Below are positions 1-14,049 of a DNA stretch of 64,000 nt, one piece after another. Numbering within the stretch: position 1 is the stretch's first letter; every line of letters begins with the position of its first letter. Source of the DNA: an uncultured Phycisphaerales bacterium (GTDB lineage: Bacteria > Planctomycetota > Phycisphaerae > Sedimentisphaerales > Anaerobacaceae); contig CAVYYI010000003.1 of assembly GCA_963772725.1 (NCBI GenBank), positions 32,001 to 96,000 of the forward strand, written 5' to 3'. Under the pieces are notes generated by a model, which was not told where the DNA came from, searched no databases, and was given only the letters and a program-made list of their open reading frames with translations. The position numbers and the translations under genes were made by a program.

Positions 1-1636
1 CGGTGTTGCCCTGGATAAAAAAACTCCTTTACTGCGTTCGATGGATGCGCTGAACAAACAGGCAGTACGGGTGCTTAAAGATACTTGGTAATGAAACTAC
101 ACAAAAAGTTATGGCAACATTGGGGCCGGAACAGGAATATTTTCTGGTGGACCGTTCGTTTTTTGAAAAACGACTTGACCTCATCCTGACGGGCAGAACG
201 CTTTTTGGCGCCGCTTCGCCTCGCGGACAGGAAATGGAAGACCACTATTTCGGTACTCTTCACGAACGAGTCGCAGCTTTATGCACGATGTAAATATCGA
301 ATTGTGGAAACTGGGCGTTTCCGCCAAGACGCAGCATAATGAAGTCGCTCCGGCACAGTATGAACTGGCGCCGGTATTTGCAACGGTCAATGTCGCTACG
401 GACCATAATCAGGTGGTGATGGAAACGATGCAGAAAGTAGCTTTGAGGCATGATTTTGTATGTCTGCTTCACGAAAAACCTTTTGCGGGAGTGAACGGTT
501 CGGGCAAACACAATAACTGGAGCATGGTAACGGATGACGGCATCAATCTCTTGAGCCGGGCAAGACACCGCATGACAACATGGTGTTCCTTGTTATTCTT
601 TGTGCCGTGATACGCGCGGTGGACAAATATGCAAAGATGCTTCGTGCCAGCGTTGCCAATGCGGGCAACGAACATCGTCTCGGCGCCAATGAAGCGCCTC
701 CGGCGATAGTTTCAATTTTCCTCGGCGAGCAGTTGACGGATATTCTCGAACAGATTGCGGCTGGCAGCGCCAAATCATCGAAACAGGGCGGCGAACTGAA
801 ACTCGGTGTCTCAACTCTGCCGCCTTTGCCGAAGGACAGCACCGACCGAAACCGAACATCGCCTTTGCCTTTACCGGCAATAAATTCGAATTCCGTATGG
901 TCGGCTCTTCGCAGTCAACAGCCGGGCCGATGTTTGTGCTTAATACAATTGTCGCGGATATTCTGTGTGAAATTGCGGATGAACTTGAAAAGGCAAAGGA
1001 TGTTAAATCGGCGACGCAAAAGATTCTGCAGAAGATCGCCAAAGAGCATCGGCGTATTATTTACAATGGCGACAACTATACTGCTGAATGGGTAACAGAA
1101 GCGGAAAAACGAGGTTTGCCCAATATGCGTTCAACCGTTGAGGCGCTTAAACACGATGATGGACAAAGAAAATGTTTCGCTTTTTGTAAAACATAACGTC
1201 CTTGCGAAGGTTGAACTGCACGCCCGGATGGAAATATCTGTACGAAAATTATGTCAAGACAATAAACATAGAAGGGCTGACAATGCTTAATATCGCCAAG
1301 CGGCAGATATTGCCAGCGGTAGTAAATTATTCTCGGCAAGTAGCCAAAGCCGTTAAGACGGTAAGTGAATCTGGCGCAAAATCACAAGCTCACAACGCCC
1401 TGCTTTTAAAAGTATGCGATTTGATAAACTCGATGCAACAAGCGATTGGAGCACTTGAATCGGCATTGGGCAAAGCAGGGAAAATAGCGGAAATTTCCAA
1501 ACGGGCAAAGGAATATCGTGACAGCGTGATACCGGCGATGCAGGAACTAAGACGGTTTGCCGATGAACTTGAGATGATAGTTGACGCCGATTTATGGCCG
1601 CTACCTACTTACGCAGAAATGTTATTTCTGAGATAA
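1..1636 (+). CDS. glnA: Glutamine synthetase type III, 5'-truncated by window edge, split by several indels
   Basis: Consecutive ORF pieces carry GSIII motifs [57 protein letters not shown] and the C-terminal [11 protein letters not shown]. Confidence 0.93.
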
Positions 1637-1673
1637 CTTATGCTGAATCAGAACGTAAACTAAGATTCGTCCC

Positions 1674-1712
1674 AAAAGCCCTGAGACTTAAAATTTAAAC
1701 TCAGGGCTTTTT
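1674..1712 (+). terminator. Intrinsic terminator, probably bidirectional
   Basis: AAAAGCCCTGAG...CTCAGGGCTTTT perfect 12-bp inverted repeat just after the glnA stop. Confidence 0.8.
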
Positions 1713-1844
1713 AAACAAAAGACTATAAAATACTATGATGTTAATTTATACTATTTATTAGACGGATGTTAGCTCGTAAATGTGCATTTTGACGTATAAT
1801 AATAGAGAAGTGTAATAAATAGAAAAAATGAGGAGACTATCGAG

Positions 1845-4800
1845 TTGAACGATCAGGGTTTATATGAAGCAAGACGAGAACACGGCTCCTGCGGTATAGG
1901 TGCGGTAGTCAATATAAACGGACAACATGACCATTCGATAATTGAATACGGCAAGCAGATTTTACTGAATTTGCACCATCGCGGGGCCGCCGGCGCTGAT
2001 GAGGTTACTGGCGACGGTGCGGGGATTTTATTTCAAATTCCGCATGAGTTTTTTACTGCGGAGAGCGAAAGGCTTAAATTTTCACTACCTGAACCGTTCG
2101 CTTATGGCGTTGGAATGGTTTTTGGTTCGCAGAACTCGAAAATACACAGTTCGTGCGACGCAATTCTCGAAGGTGCGATTACTCATTATGGAATGAAAGT
2201 GTAATCGGATGGCGGGAGGTACCCACATCCAATAACTGCCTGGGTAAAATAGCTCTTGCCGCTGAACCTTCCATCAGGCAGATTTTCATCGATGGAAAAG
2301 GACTGAAAAATGAGGAACTTGGAGGTACGTTTGTACCTGGCGCGCAAGCGGGCTGAAAAGCTTGTTAGGGAAAAATTCGGGGAGCAGGGGCGAGATTTTT
2401 ATATAACCTCTCTATCGTGCAGAACAATCTGCTACAAAGGTATGTTTATGGCGTGGCAGTTATTCGCGTATTATCCCGACCTGGCGGAAAAACGAATCTT
2501 AAATCCGCCCTGGCGATTGTTCATCAGCGATACAGCACAAATACGTTTCCAAACTGGCGTTTGGCCCAGCCATTTCGCTGCATAGCGCATAACGGCGAAA
2601 TAAATACGCTCAGCGGCAATCGTAATTCATATGCAAGCCCGTGAGACAAAAATGTCAAGCGAGCGGTTCGGCGACGAATATAGCTGATTTGCTTCCTGTG
2701 CTGACACCTGAGATCGAGCGACTCTGCGTGTTTTGACAACGCTCTGGAGCTTTTGGTTCGTTCAGGCCGAAGCATGCCGCACTCGATGATGATGATGATT
2801 CCGGAGGCATTCGGTGCAAAATATCATATCAGCACTGACAAACGCGCGTTCTATGAATATCACTCCTCGATAATGGAACCGTGGGATGGGCCTGCGGCAA
2901 TGGTATTTACCGACGGCAGAATTATAGGCGGGACACTCGACCGCAACGGTCTGAGGCCGTGCCGCTATTTTGTTACGACGGACGGTCTGGCGATAATGGC
3001 CAGCGAGGCCGGCGTTGTCGAATTTCCGCCTGAAAAAATAAGCAGAAAAGGGCGGCTTCAGCCGGGCAATATGTTCCTGGTCGATACCGTCGAAGGCCGG
3101 ATAATTACCGACAATGAAATAAAAAGCAAAATTGCCCGGCAGAGACCATATCGGCGATGGCTTGAGGAAAACCGGATTGAGCTGCGGGGGCTGTTCGATG
3201 CGCCGAAACTGGTGCCGAGCGACCCTGAAACAATATTCCGCAGGATGCGGGTGTTCGGTTATACCCGCGAAGAGCTGAAAATGATTTTAACGCCGATGGC
3301 GGTCAACGGTCAGGAGCCGGTCGGCTCGATGGGCAACGATGCTCCTCTGGCGGTGCTTTCCGACAGGCCGAAACTTGTTGTTTGATTATTTCAAACAGCT
3401 TTTTGCACAGGTAACAAATCCTCCGATAGACCCGCTTCGTGAAGGACTGGTGATGAGTCTTATGTCGTTTACGGGCAAGAAACGCAATATTCTTGCTGAA
3501 ACGCCGGAACACTGCCGGCAGCTTAAACTGCCGCATCCCGATTCTGACCAATGAAGACATTGAACGGCTACGGTCGGTGAATCGCGAGGATTTCAGCGTT
3601 GCAACAATTTCCGCCGTGTTTGACGCTGATCAAACCAGATGCCGGCAGCAGGCTTTGCAACAAGGGCCTTGAGTACATTGGTTGAGTCACGCTGAAAAAG
3701 CGATCAGGGACGGAGCATCACTGATAATTATCAGCGACCGTGATGTCATCGCAGACAAAAGCTCCGATTCCGTCGCTGCTGGCGACATCGGCGGTGCATC
3801 ACGGTTTGCTTGAAAAGGGACTTCGCGGCGAAGCAGGCTTGATTGTCGAAAGCGGCGAGCCGAGAGAGGTAATGCATTTTTGTCTTTTATGCGGTTTCGG
3901 AGCAAACGCGGTAAATCCGTACCTGGCGTTCGAAGCGCTCGATGAACTGCATCGACAAGGACAGTTTCCCGGCAAAAATGGATCCGACACAGATAGCGGA
4001 TAATTATATCGCTGCGGTCAAAAAAGGCATTCTCAAGACGATGAGCAAAATGGGAATATCGACGCTTCGCAGTTATCATCGGCGCGCAGTTATTCGAGGC
4101 GATCGGGTTAAGCCATGACCTTGTAGATGAATATTTTACAGGGACAAGCTCACGAATCGGCGGAATCGGTCTTGAGGAAATTGCGCAGGAGGCGATTGCG
4201 CGTCACAAATCCGGTTTCGAGCAGCGTCCCGCCGGGGCGCTTGGACTGGATTTTGGCGGAGAATATCAATTCAGGCACGATGGCGAAGTATCATCTCTGG
4301 AATCCGACAACGGTATCGCAGCTTCAGCAAGCAGTAAAATATAATGATGCCGAAAGCTTATGCTGATTATGCAAAAGCGATAAATGACCAGTCAGAAAAA
4401 CTATGTACGCTGCGGGGATTGTTTGAATTTGTACCCGGGCAAGCCTGTGCCGATTGAAGAGGTTGAACCGGCCAGTGAAATTGTCAAACGATTCTGCACC
4501 GGCGCGATGAGTCACGGCTCAATCAGCAAAGAGACACACGAATGCCTGGCGATCGCGATGAACCGGATAGGCGGGATGAGCAATACCGGCGAAGGCGGCG
4601 AAGACCCGGCACGATACATGCCAGAAGCCAAACGGCGATTCAAGAAACTGCGCGATAAAACAGGTCGCCAGCGGAAGATTCGGCGTAACAATAAATTATC
4701 TGGCTCATGCGAAAGAGCTTCAGATAAAAATAGCTCAGGGCGCAAAACCCGGCGAGGGCGGGCAATTGCCCGGACATAAAGTAACACGAGGAAATCGCCA

Positions 4801-6415
4801 CGACTGCGGTATTCAACGCCCGGCGTAACGCTAATATCGCCTCCGCCACATCACGATATATATTCCATTGAGGATTTGGCGCAGCTAATATATGACCTCA
4901 AATGCAGCAATCCCGGAGTAAAAGTTTCGGTCAAGTTGGTTGCTGAAGTCGGCGTGGGTACAATCGCGGCGGGTGTCGCAAAAGGCAACGCCGACGAAGT
5001 TCTTATAAGCGGTCACGACGGCGGCACAGGCGCAAGTCCGCTATCCTCAATCAAACATACCGGCTGTCCGTGGGAACTGGGTGCTGGCCGAAACTCAACA
5101 GGTGCTGGTAATGAACAACCTGCGTGACAGAATCAGCGTACAGGCGGATGGTCAGATGAAAACCGGCAGAGATATTGTTATCGCGGCATTACTGGGAGCG
5201 GAGCGGTTCGGATTTGGGACTGCCGCTCTTGTAACACTGGGCTGTACGCTGCTGCGCAAATGCCACGAGGGAGCATGTCCCTTCGGGATAGGCACGCAGG
5301 ACCCTGAACTGCGAAAGCGATTTGCCGGAAAGCCGGAATATATCGAACGGTTTATGCTATTCGTAGCCGAGGAGGCGCGGCAGATTATGTCGCAACTCGG
5401 ATTTAAAAAATTCGATGATATGATTGGCAAAGTCGAGCTGCTTGGGATGAATAAGGCTATAAGTCACTGGAAAACAAAAGGTCTGGATTTCTCAGCCATA
5501 TTTTACCAGTTAAAGTCAACTGATAACGGAGCAAAAAGAAGGATTAACGCCCAGGTAAATAAACTCAATGACCATGTGGACTGGGAACTTTTGAAAAAAT
5601 TAAAACCTGCCATTGACGCAAAGAAAAAGACTTCGATTGAAATGCCAATCAGAAATGTTAATCGAACCGTGGGGACAATTCTGAGTAATTACATAAATAA
5701 AACTCATGGTCAGCAGGGGCTTGCCGGACAACACACTGGAAATTGTTTTCAGAGGTTCGGCGGGCCAGAGCTTCGGCGCATTTCTGCGCCAGGTGTAACG
5801 CTGAGACTTATCGGCCAGAGCAACGATTACGTGGGCAAAGGTCTGTCAGGCGGACGAATAGTTATTCAGACTCCTGAATGTTCGCCCTTTACCGCACATG
5901 AGAATATTATCGTAGGTAATACCGTTCTTTACGGCGCGACATCCGGCGAGGTGTTTATCAACGGAATGGCGGGTGAAAGATTTGCCGTACGAAACAGCGG
6001 CGTTTCGGCGGTTGTTGAAGGTGTAGGCGACCACTGCTGCGAATATATGACCGGCGGACTGGTTGTGGTGCTGGGAAAAACAGGATGCAACTTTGCCGCG
6101 GGGATGAGCGGAGGTATGGCTTATGTACTCGATGAGGCACAGTTGTTCGATACGATGTGCAATCTCGATATGGTTGAACTGGAAAGCGTCTGGAAGCAGG
6201 CGGATAAAGATTTGTTATACGAATTGATTCAGCGTCATTTGAAATGGACTAAAAGCGCCCGCGCGCAGCAGATTCTTAACGCATGGCCTGATATGGTAGG
6301 CAAATTTGTGAAAGTTATACCTATAGATTACGCAAGAGCGCTGCAGAAAATGCGAGCGGCAGAACAGCGGGACACTGAAACTACTCCCGCGACAGAAGAG
6401 GTGTTCCATGGGTGA
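1845..6415 (+). CDS. gltB: Glutamate synthase large subunit (multiple indels)
   Basis: N-terminal CGIG amidotransferase start, [62 protein letters not shown]-terminal GXGXG repeats. Confidence 0.95.
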
Positions 6416-7832
6416 GATAAAAGGTTTTTTGAAATATAAACGAGAAGAAGTCGCGCATCGTCCCGTAGAGCAAAGGATACATGATTTCAAGGAAGTTGAC
6501 CTTCCTCTTACGCCAGAACAGATTCACGAACAAACAGCAAGGTGCATGGATTGCGGAATACCTTTTTGCCACGCTTTCGGGTGTCCTCTGCGAAACTCGA
6601 TACCGGACCTTAATGACCTTATTTACACGGGCAAATGGCGAGACGCGTGTGAGCTTTTACATTTAACAAACAATTTTCCGGAAATCACAGGCAGGGTATG
6701 CCCCGCTCCGTGCGAATCGGCGTGTACGTTATCCATCAGCGACAAACCTGTTCTAATAAGACATATCGAATTTCAGATTGTCGAGCGGGGATTCGAACAG
6801 GGCTGGATTAAACCTTTGCGAGCAGCCCGCCGCACAGGCAAACGTGTTGCGGTAATAGGTTCAGGGCCGGCTGGTTTGGCCGCCGCGCAGCAATTGGCAA
6901 GGCTGGGACATGATGTAGTTGTCTTTGAAAAAAGTGAACGGCCGGGAGGCCTGCTGCGTTACGGTATTCCGGATTTCAAACTCGAGAAACGCGTTATAGA
7001 CCGCAGATTACAGCAACTGGCATCTGAAGGCGTCGAGTTTCAGACCGGCCTTTGCGCAGGAGAGGACATATCCGCAAGGTATCTGCAGAAGATGTTTGAC
7101 GGTATCTGCCTGGCGATGGGGGCAGGAGAGCCGCGAGACCTGAATGTTCCGGGCAGAGGATGCGAAAATATTTTATTCGCGATGGATTATCTGACCGCGC
7201 AGAATAAGTATAACACGGGCGAGGCTGCAGATGACTCACCGGGAATCACCGCTAAGGACAAGGTTGTAGTCGTAATAGGCGGTGGTGATACAGGCAGCGA
7301 TTGTGTTGGAACAGCCCGCAGGCAGAACGCAAAGAAAATATATCAGTTCGAGATTTTGCCCAAGCCGCCGGAAGAGCGTCCTTCGGATACTCCGTGGCCT
7401 ATGTGGCCGCGAATTATGAGAACGTCCTCATCGCATGAGGAAGGATGCGAACGGCGGTGGAGCATAATGACCAAAAAATTCTCAGGCGGCGCAGGAATCA
7501 AACTTGAAGAATTACACTGCTGCGAGGTGGAATGGGAAAAAAAGGCAGACGGCTGGAAATTAAAAGAGCTGCCGGGTACCGATTTTATTCTTAAAACCGA
7601 TATGGTGATTCTGGCACTGGGTTTTACACACGTTGTTCACGAAGGACTTGTTCAAGGCCTTGATTTGCGATCGGATAAACTCGGCAACGTATCAGTGGAA
7701 AATTATCAGACCAGCAATCCGCGAGTATTCGCCACAGGCGATACCGTAAGCGGCGCATCCCTGGTTGTTCGCGCTATCGATAGCGGACGATGCGCAGCGG
7801 CAGCTATCGACCAATGGTTAAGCGAAAAATGA
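6408..7832 (+). CDS. gltD: Glutamate synthase small subunit
   Basis: Intact 474-aa ORF with RCMDCGIPFC, GRVCPAPCE, GSGPAGL and GGGDTGSDC; overlaps the gltB stop. Confidence 0.96.
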   Translation: MGEIKGFLKYKREEVAHRPVEQRIHDFKEVDLPLTPEQIHEQTARCMDCGIPFCHAFGCPLRNSIPDLNDLIYTGKWRDACELLHLTNNFPEITGRVCPAPCESACTLSISDKPVLIRHIEFQIVERGFEQGWIKPLRAARRTGKRVAVIGSGPAGLAAAQQLARLGHDVVVFEKSERPGGLLRYGIPDFKLEKRVIDRRLQQLASEGVEFQTGLCAGEDISARYLQKMFDGICLAMGAGEPRDLNVPGRGCENILFAMDYLTAQNKYNTGEAADDSPGITAKDKVVVVIGGGDTGSDCVGTARRQNAKKIYQFEILPKPPEERPSDTPWPMWPRIMRTSSSHEEGCERRWSIMTKKFSGGAGIKLEELHCCEVEWEKKADGWKLKELPGTDFILKTDMVILALGFTHVVHEGLVQGLDLRSDKLGNVSVENYQTSNPRVFATGDTVSGASLVVRAIDSGRCAAAAIDQWLSEK

Positions 7833-8000
7833 TTCGTCGCCCATGAAGCGTATCTCGATACTTTGGCAGATTATTTAGCTGGCAATACTGATATTTATCT
7901 TTATAATGCTCCGGTAAAAATTCCCGGGCTGGAAAACAGTTATGTCCGTAATACGATAAACAGCGACATTTTTTCGTAAGGAGTTGAAAGAAACAGGAAA

Positions 8001-11000
8001 ATGCCGAAACGTAAAGATATTCATAAAATATTAATAATAGGTTCAGGCCCTATCGTTATAGGCCAAGGTTGCGAGTTTGATTATTCCGGCGCTCAGGCCT
8101 GTAAAGTTCTCAGACAGCAGGGATACAAAGTTGTGCTCGTCAACAGCAACCCGGCTACAATTATGACAGACCCTGAGATGGCGGATAGAACTTACATCGA
8201 GCCCATAACTCCTGAGATGGTGGAGATAATAATACGCAAGGAAAGACCTGACAGCCTTTTGCCAACGCTTGGCGGGCAGACGGGACTTAATACGGCTGTT
8301 GCCCTGGCGGAAAATGGTGTGCTGAAAAAATATAATGTCAAACTGCTTGGCGCAAATCTCGCCTCAATTAAACGGCGGAAGAACGAGACCTCTTTAAGAA
8401 GACTATTTTAGACTGCGGCCTCGACGTACCGCAAAGCGGCTACGCCCATTGCTGGGAAGATGCCGAAGAAATCGTAAGGAAGCTTGGCTTTCCTGTTATC
8501 ATTCGACCTTCTTATACTCTGGGCGGAATGGGCGGAAACGTCGCCTACAACATGGAAGAATATAAAGAGTTCGTTCTGTGGGGGCTTAATTTAAGCCCAA
8601 AGAGCGAAGTTCTTATCGAGGAATCTGTTGTCGGCTGGAAAGAATACGAACTGGAAGTGATGAGGGACCACAAAGACAACGTAGTTATCGTATGTTCCAT
8701 CGAAAATTTCGACCCGATGGGCATTCACACCGGCGACAGCATCACAGTCGCACCGGCACAGACACTGACCGACAAAGAATACCAGATAATGCGAGATGCC
8801 GCCATCAAAATCATAAGAGCGATAGGCGTTGAAACGGGCGGTTCGAATATTCAGTTCGCCGTCAATCCCAAAAATGGGAAACTCTATGTTATTGAAATGA
8901 ACCCCCGCGTATCACGAAGTTCCGCGCTGGCGTCCAAAGCCACCGGTTTTCCAATTGCAAAGATAGCCTCCCTGCTTGCGGTCGGTTATACTCTCGATGA
9001 AATTCCCAACGACATAACAAAAAAGACGCCCGCGTGCTTTGAGCCGACGATCGACTATTGCGTTGTCAAATGGCCGCGTTTTACATTTGAAAAATTTCCC
9101 AATACCCGGCCCGAACTGACTGTCCAGATGAAGTCCGTCGGCGAAGCAATGGCGATAGGCCGAACATTCAAGGAAGCTTTCCAAAAGGCCATCCGCTCGC
9201 TCGAAATCGACCGGTATTCGCTCGACGCCAGGCATATTGACAGCGAAATTACGACTGCCTAAACTTAAGGATAAACTGCGAACAAACTGCTGGGATAAAG
9301 TCTGGTATGTCGCCGAGGCCATTCGCAGGAAAATGTCTGTGGAAGAAATTTTCAGCCTTACAAAAATCGATCCGTGGTTTCTTAATAACATAAAGGACAT
9401 TGTCCGATTTGAGGAAAAGATAAAATCCTGCACGCTTGAAAAATTCAACCGCTCGTTTATGACGCCAAGCCAAAAAATACGGTTTCAGCGACAAGTATCT
9501 CGCTTCGGTCTTTAATGTCAGTGAACCGCAATTTCGAGCTCATCGCAACAAACTCGGTATAAATGCCGTTTATAAAACCGTTGATACCTGCGGCGCGGAA
9601 TTCGAGGCAAGCACCCCCTACCTCTATTCGACTTACGAAAGCCAATGCGAAGCAAATCCTACCAAGCCGCCGCAAGGTTATTATACTCGGCGGCGGTCCC
9701 AACCGTATAGGTCAGGGTATCGAGTTCGATTACTGCTGCGTTCATGCGGCCTTTGCGCTTAAAGAAATTGGCATCGAATCGATTATGGTAAACTGCAACC
9801 CGGAAACCGTCAGCACTGATTACGACACTTCCGACAGGCTTTATTTCGAGCCGCTGACATTCGAAGATGTGATGTCAATTGTGGAAAAAGAAAAACCGGA
9901 TGGTGTAATCGTACAGTTCGGCGGCCAGACACCTCTTAAACTCGCGGTTCCGCTCGAAAAAGCAGGAGTAAAAATAATAGGAACTTCTCCTGACAGCATC
10001 GATATCGCCGAAGACCGCAAACGCTTTAATAAACTTGTCGAATAAGCTTAAACTGCGTCAGCCTGAAAGCGGCACGGCTATGACCTATGCGGAAACACTG
10101 CGGATAGTAAATAAACTGGGCTATCCTGTGCTGATTCGTCCTTCGTTTGTGCTTGGCGGGCGGGCGATGGATGTCGTATATGACCAGAAATCCCTCGAAG
10201 ACTGCGTTAAAAAAGCCATTGACGCTTCCGCCGAGCCATCCGATTCTTATAGATAAATTTCTTGACGATGCCGCGGAACTCGATGTCGATGCCATCTGTG
10301 ACGGCAAAAAAGTCGTAATCGGCGGTATAATGGAGCATATCGAAGAGGCCGGTGTCCATTCCGGCGACAGTGCTTGCTCTCTTCCGTCGGTATCACTGAG
10401 CAAAAAAATCCTTCACGAAATTGAACGCCAGACAAAACTTCTCGCCCTTTCGCTCAAAGTGAAAGGTCTGATTAATATTCAGTTTGCCGTAAAGAATGAA
10501 GTGCTTTACATACTGGAGGTAAATCCACGGGCATCGAGAACTATCCCGTTTGTCAGCAAAGCCATCGGCGTTCCTCTGGCCAAACTCGCCGCAAAAATAA
10601 TGACGGGCAAAACTCTTGACGAACTGGACTTCACCAAAGAAGTCTGCCGAAATTATTACTCCGTCAAAGAAGCGGTGTTCCCGTTTTTGAAATTCCCCGG
10701 AACCGATAGTATCTTAGGCCCCGAAATGCTGTCAACAGGGGAAGTGATGGGCCTATCTGACGATTACGGTATCGCGTTTGCGAAATCGCAAATGGCCGCT
10801 GGAAACACACTTCCCGCCAAAGGCAACGTATTTTTCAGCGTCAGAGACTCCGATAAGAAAAAAGCAGCTGAAATCGCGCAGAAATTACATCAGTTGGGTT
10901 TCAAAATTTTCGCTACCAAAGGCACTTGCAATCGCGTTTATCGAAAATAATGTTCCCAACTGAATTTGTCCTTAAAGTCACAGAGGGCCGACCGAACATT

Positions 11001-11238
11001 ATGGACTTAATGATAAATAAAAAAATCGACCTTATTATAAATACTACCGCCGCGAATATGGCAGACGGTTGCAGATTCGTTTTCCATCCGTAGAACCGCA
11101 CTTGACCGGCAGATACCTTATGTTACGACAATAAGAGGCGCGGTGGCGGTCGCAAAAGCCATCGAGTCTCTGCGAAAAGGGAAATTAGATGTTAAACCGA
11201 TTCAATTGTATTATCATTCGAAAGGACAGATAAAGTGA
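8001..11238 (+). CDS. carB: Carbamoyl-phosphate synthase large subunit (indels)
   Basis: MPKRKDI...[64 protein letters not shown]; the stop overlaps the carA GTG. Confidence 0.95.
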
Positions 11239-12357
11239 AAGCCATTTTGTTGCTCGAAGATGGGACTGTTTTTGAAGGCACATCCTTTGGTGCTAAAGGA
11301 TACAAATGCGGCGAGGTCGTTTTCAATACCGCTATGACCGGTTATCAGGAAATTCTCACCGACCCGTCTTATAACGAACAGATTATCACAATGACGTATC
11401 CGCTCATCGGCAACTACGGCACAAACAGCGCTCGACACCGAATCGCGGAAGATTTTCGCCGCCGGTTTTATCGTCAAGGAAAACTGCGATTACCCCAGCA
11501 ACTGGCGAAATAAAAAACCGCTCGGCGAATATCTGAAAAAAAATAACATCGTCGGCTCTCGAAGGCATCGACACAAGAAAGCTCGTCAAGCACATTCGCA
11601 CCAAAGGGGCAATGAGGGGGATAATTTCATCCGCGGAACTGAATATCGCCAAACTCAGCAAAAACTGCTGCAATACCCCGGACTTGTCGGCAGAGATATT
11701 GTCAAAGATGTTACTGCCAAGAAGCCTTATGCGTGGGATAACGGCATAGTGAATGTTTTGACGTAAGGAGAAAAGCCTGCCGCCGAAGAAATATAAAGTG
11801 GTCGCCTTCGATTACGGCATCAAGCAAAATATCCTCAGACTGCTTGCGTTCGCACGGCTGCAATGTCCAGGTCGTTCCCGCACAGACATCGGCACAGGAC
11901 GTCTTGAAATACAAACCGGACGGCATCTTCCTTAGTAACGGCCCCGGCGACCCGGCGGCGGTCAACTTATGCTATTGAAACTGTTCGCAAACTTCTCGGC
12001 AAAGTACCTATATTCGGAATCTGTCTTGGACATCAGCTTCTTGGCTTGGCACTCGGCGGCAAAACTTATAAACTGAAATTCGGACATCGCGGCGCAAACC
12101 ACCCGGTTAAAAATCTCAAAACCGGCAAAATCGAAATTACCAGCCAGAATCACGGCTTCTGCGTCGATATCGATTCTTTGAAACATAAAGACGTTGAGCT
12201 TACGCATATAAATCTCAATGATAATACGCTCGAGGGCTTTATGTGCAAAAAAATAAAGGCCTTTGCCGTCCAGTATCACCCCGAAGCCTCCCCAGGCCCG
12301 CACGATTCAAACTATCTTTTCGATACTTTCACAGAAATGATGGATCCGGCAAAATGA
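11235..12357 (+). CDS. carA: Carbamoyl-phosphate synthase small subunit (indels)
   Basis: [56 protein letters not shown]. Confidence 0.95.
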
Positions 12358-12441
12358 AATAGCCCCACATAAGAACCAAACTTCGGGCGATAGCTTTGTT
12401 CTTAACCCACATTTTCTACCGCTGAGCGGCTGTGTTAGATT

Positions 12442-13777
<1,336 letters not shown>

Positions 13778-13792
13778 TTATGCATTGCGATT

Positions 13793-13864
13793 GCGGGTGT
13801 AGCTCAGTGGTAGAGCGTCACGTTGCCAACGTGAATGTCGTGAGTTCAAGCCTCATCACCCGCT
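13793..13864 (+). tRNA. tRNA-Gly (GCC)
   Basis: GCGGGTG acceptor stem, TAGCTCAGTGGTAGAGC D arm, CACGT-TGCCAACGTG anticodon arm, GTTCAAG T loop; CCA not encoded. Confidence 0.95.
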
Positions 13865-13970
13865 TTGACAATACTATGAAACCATAGTATCGGCGAGTTA
13901 CCGGCTAATAGTAGTTGGCGTTGGTCGCCGATATGCTTGCATCCCAAAGGGGCTGGAACCTGCTAAGACT

Positions 13971-14005
13971 GGCTAAGGGAATGTGTATCCCAAAGCCTTT
14001 TTTTT
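13971..14005 (+). terminator. Terminator/attenuator-like hairpin between tRNA-Gly and tig
   Basis: GGCT-AA-GGGA...TCCC-AA-AGCC followed by T8. Confidence 0.55.
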
Positions 14006-14049
14006 ATTAACAACAAGAAGTCAGAAAATGAGCGTTTAGGAGCATCAAA

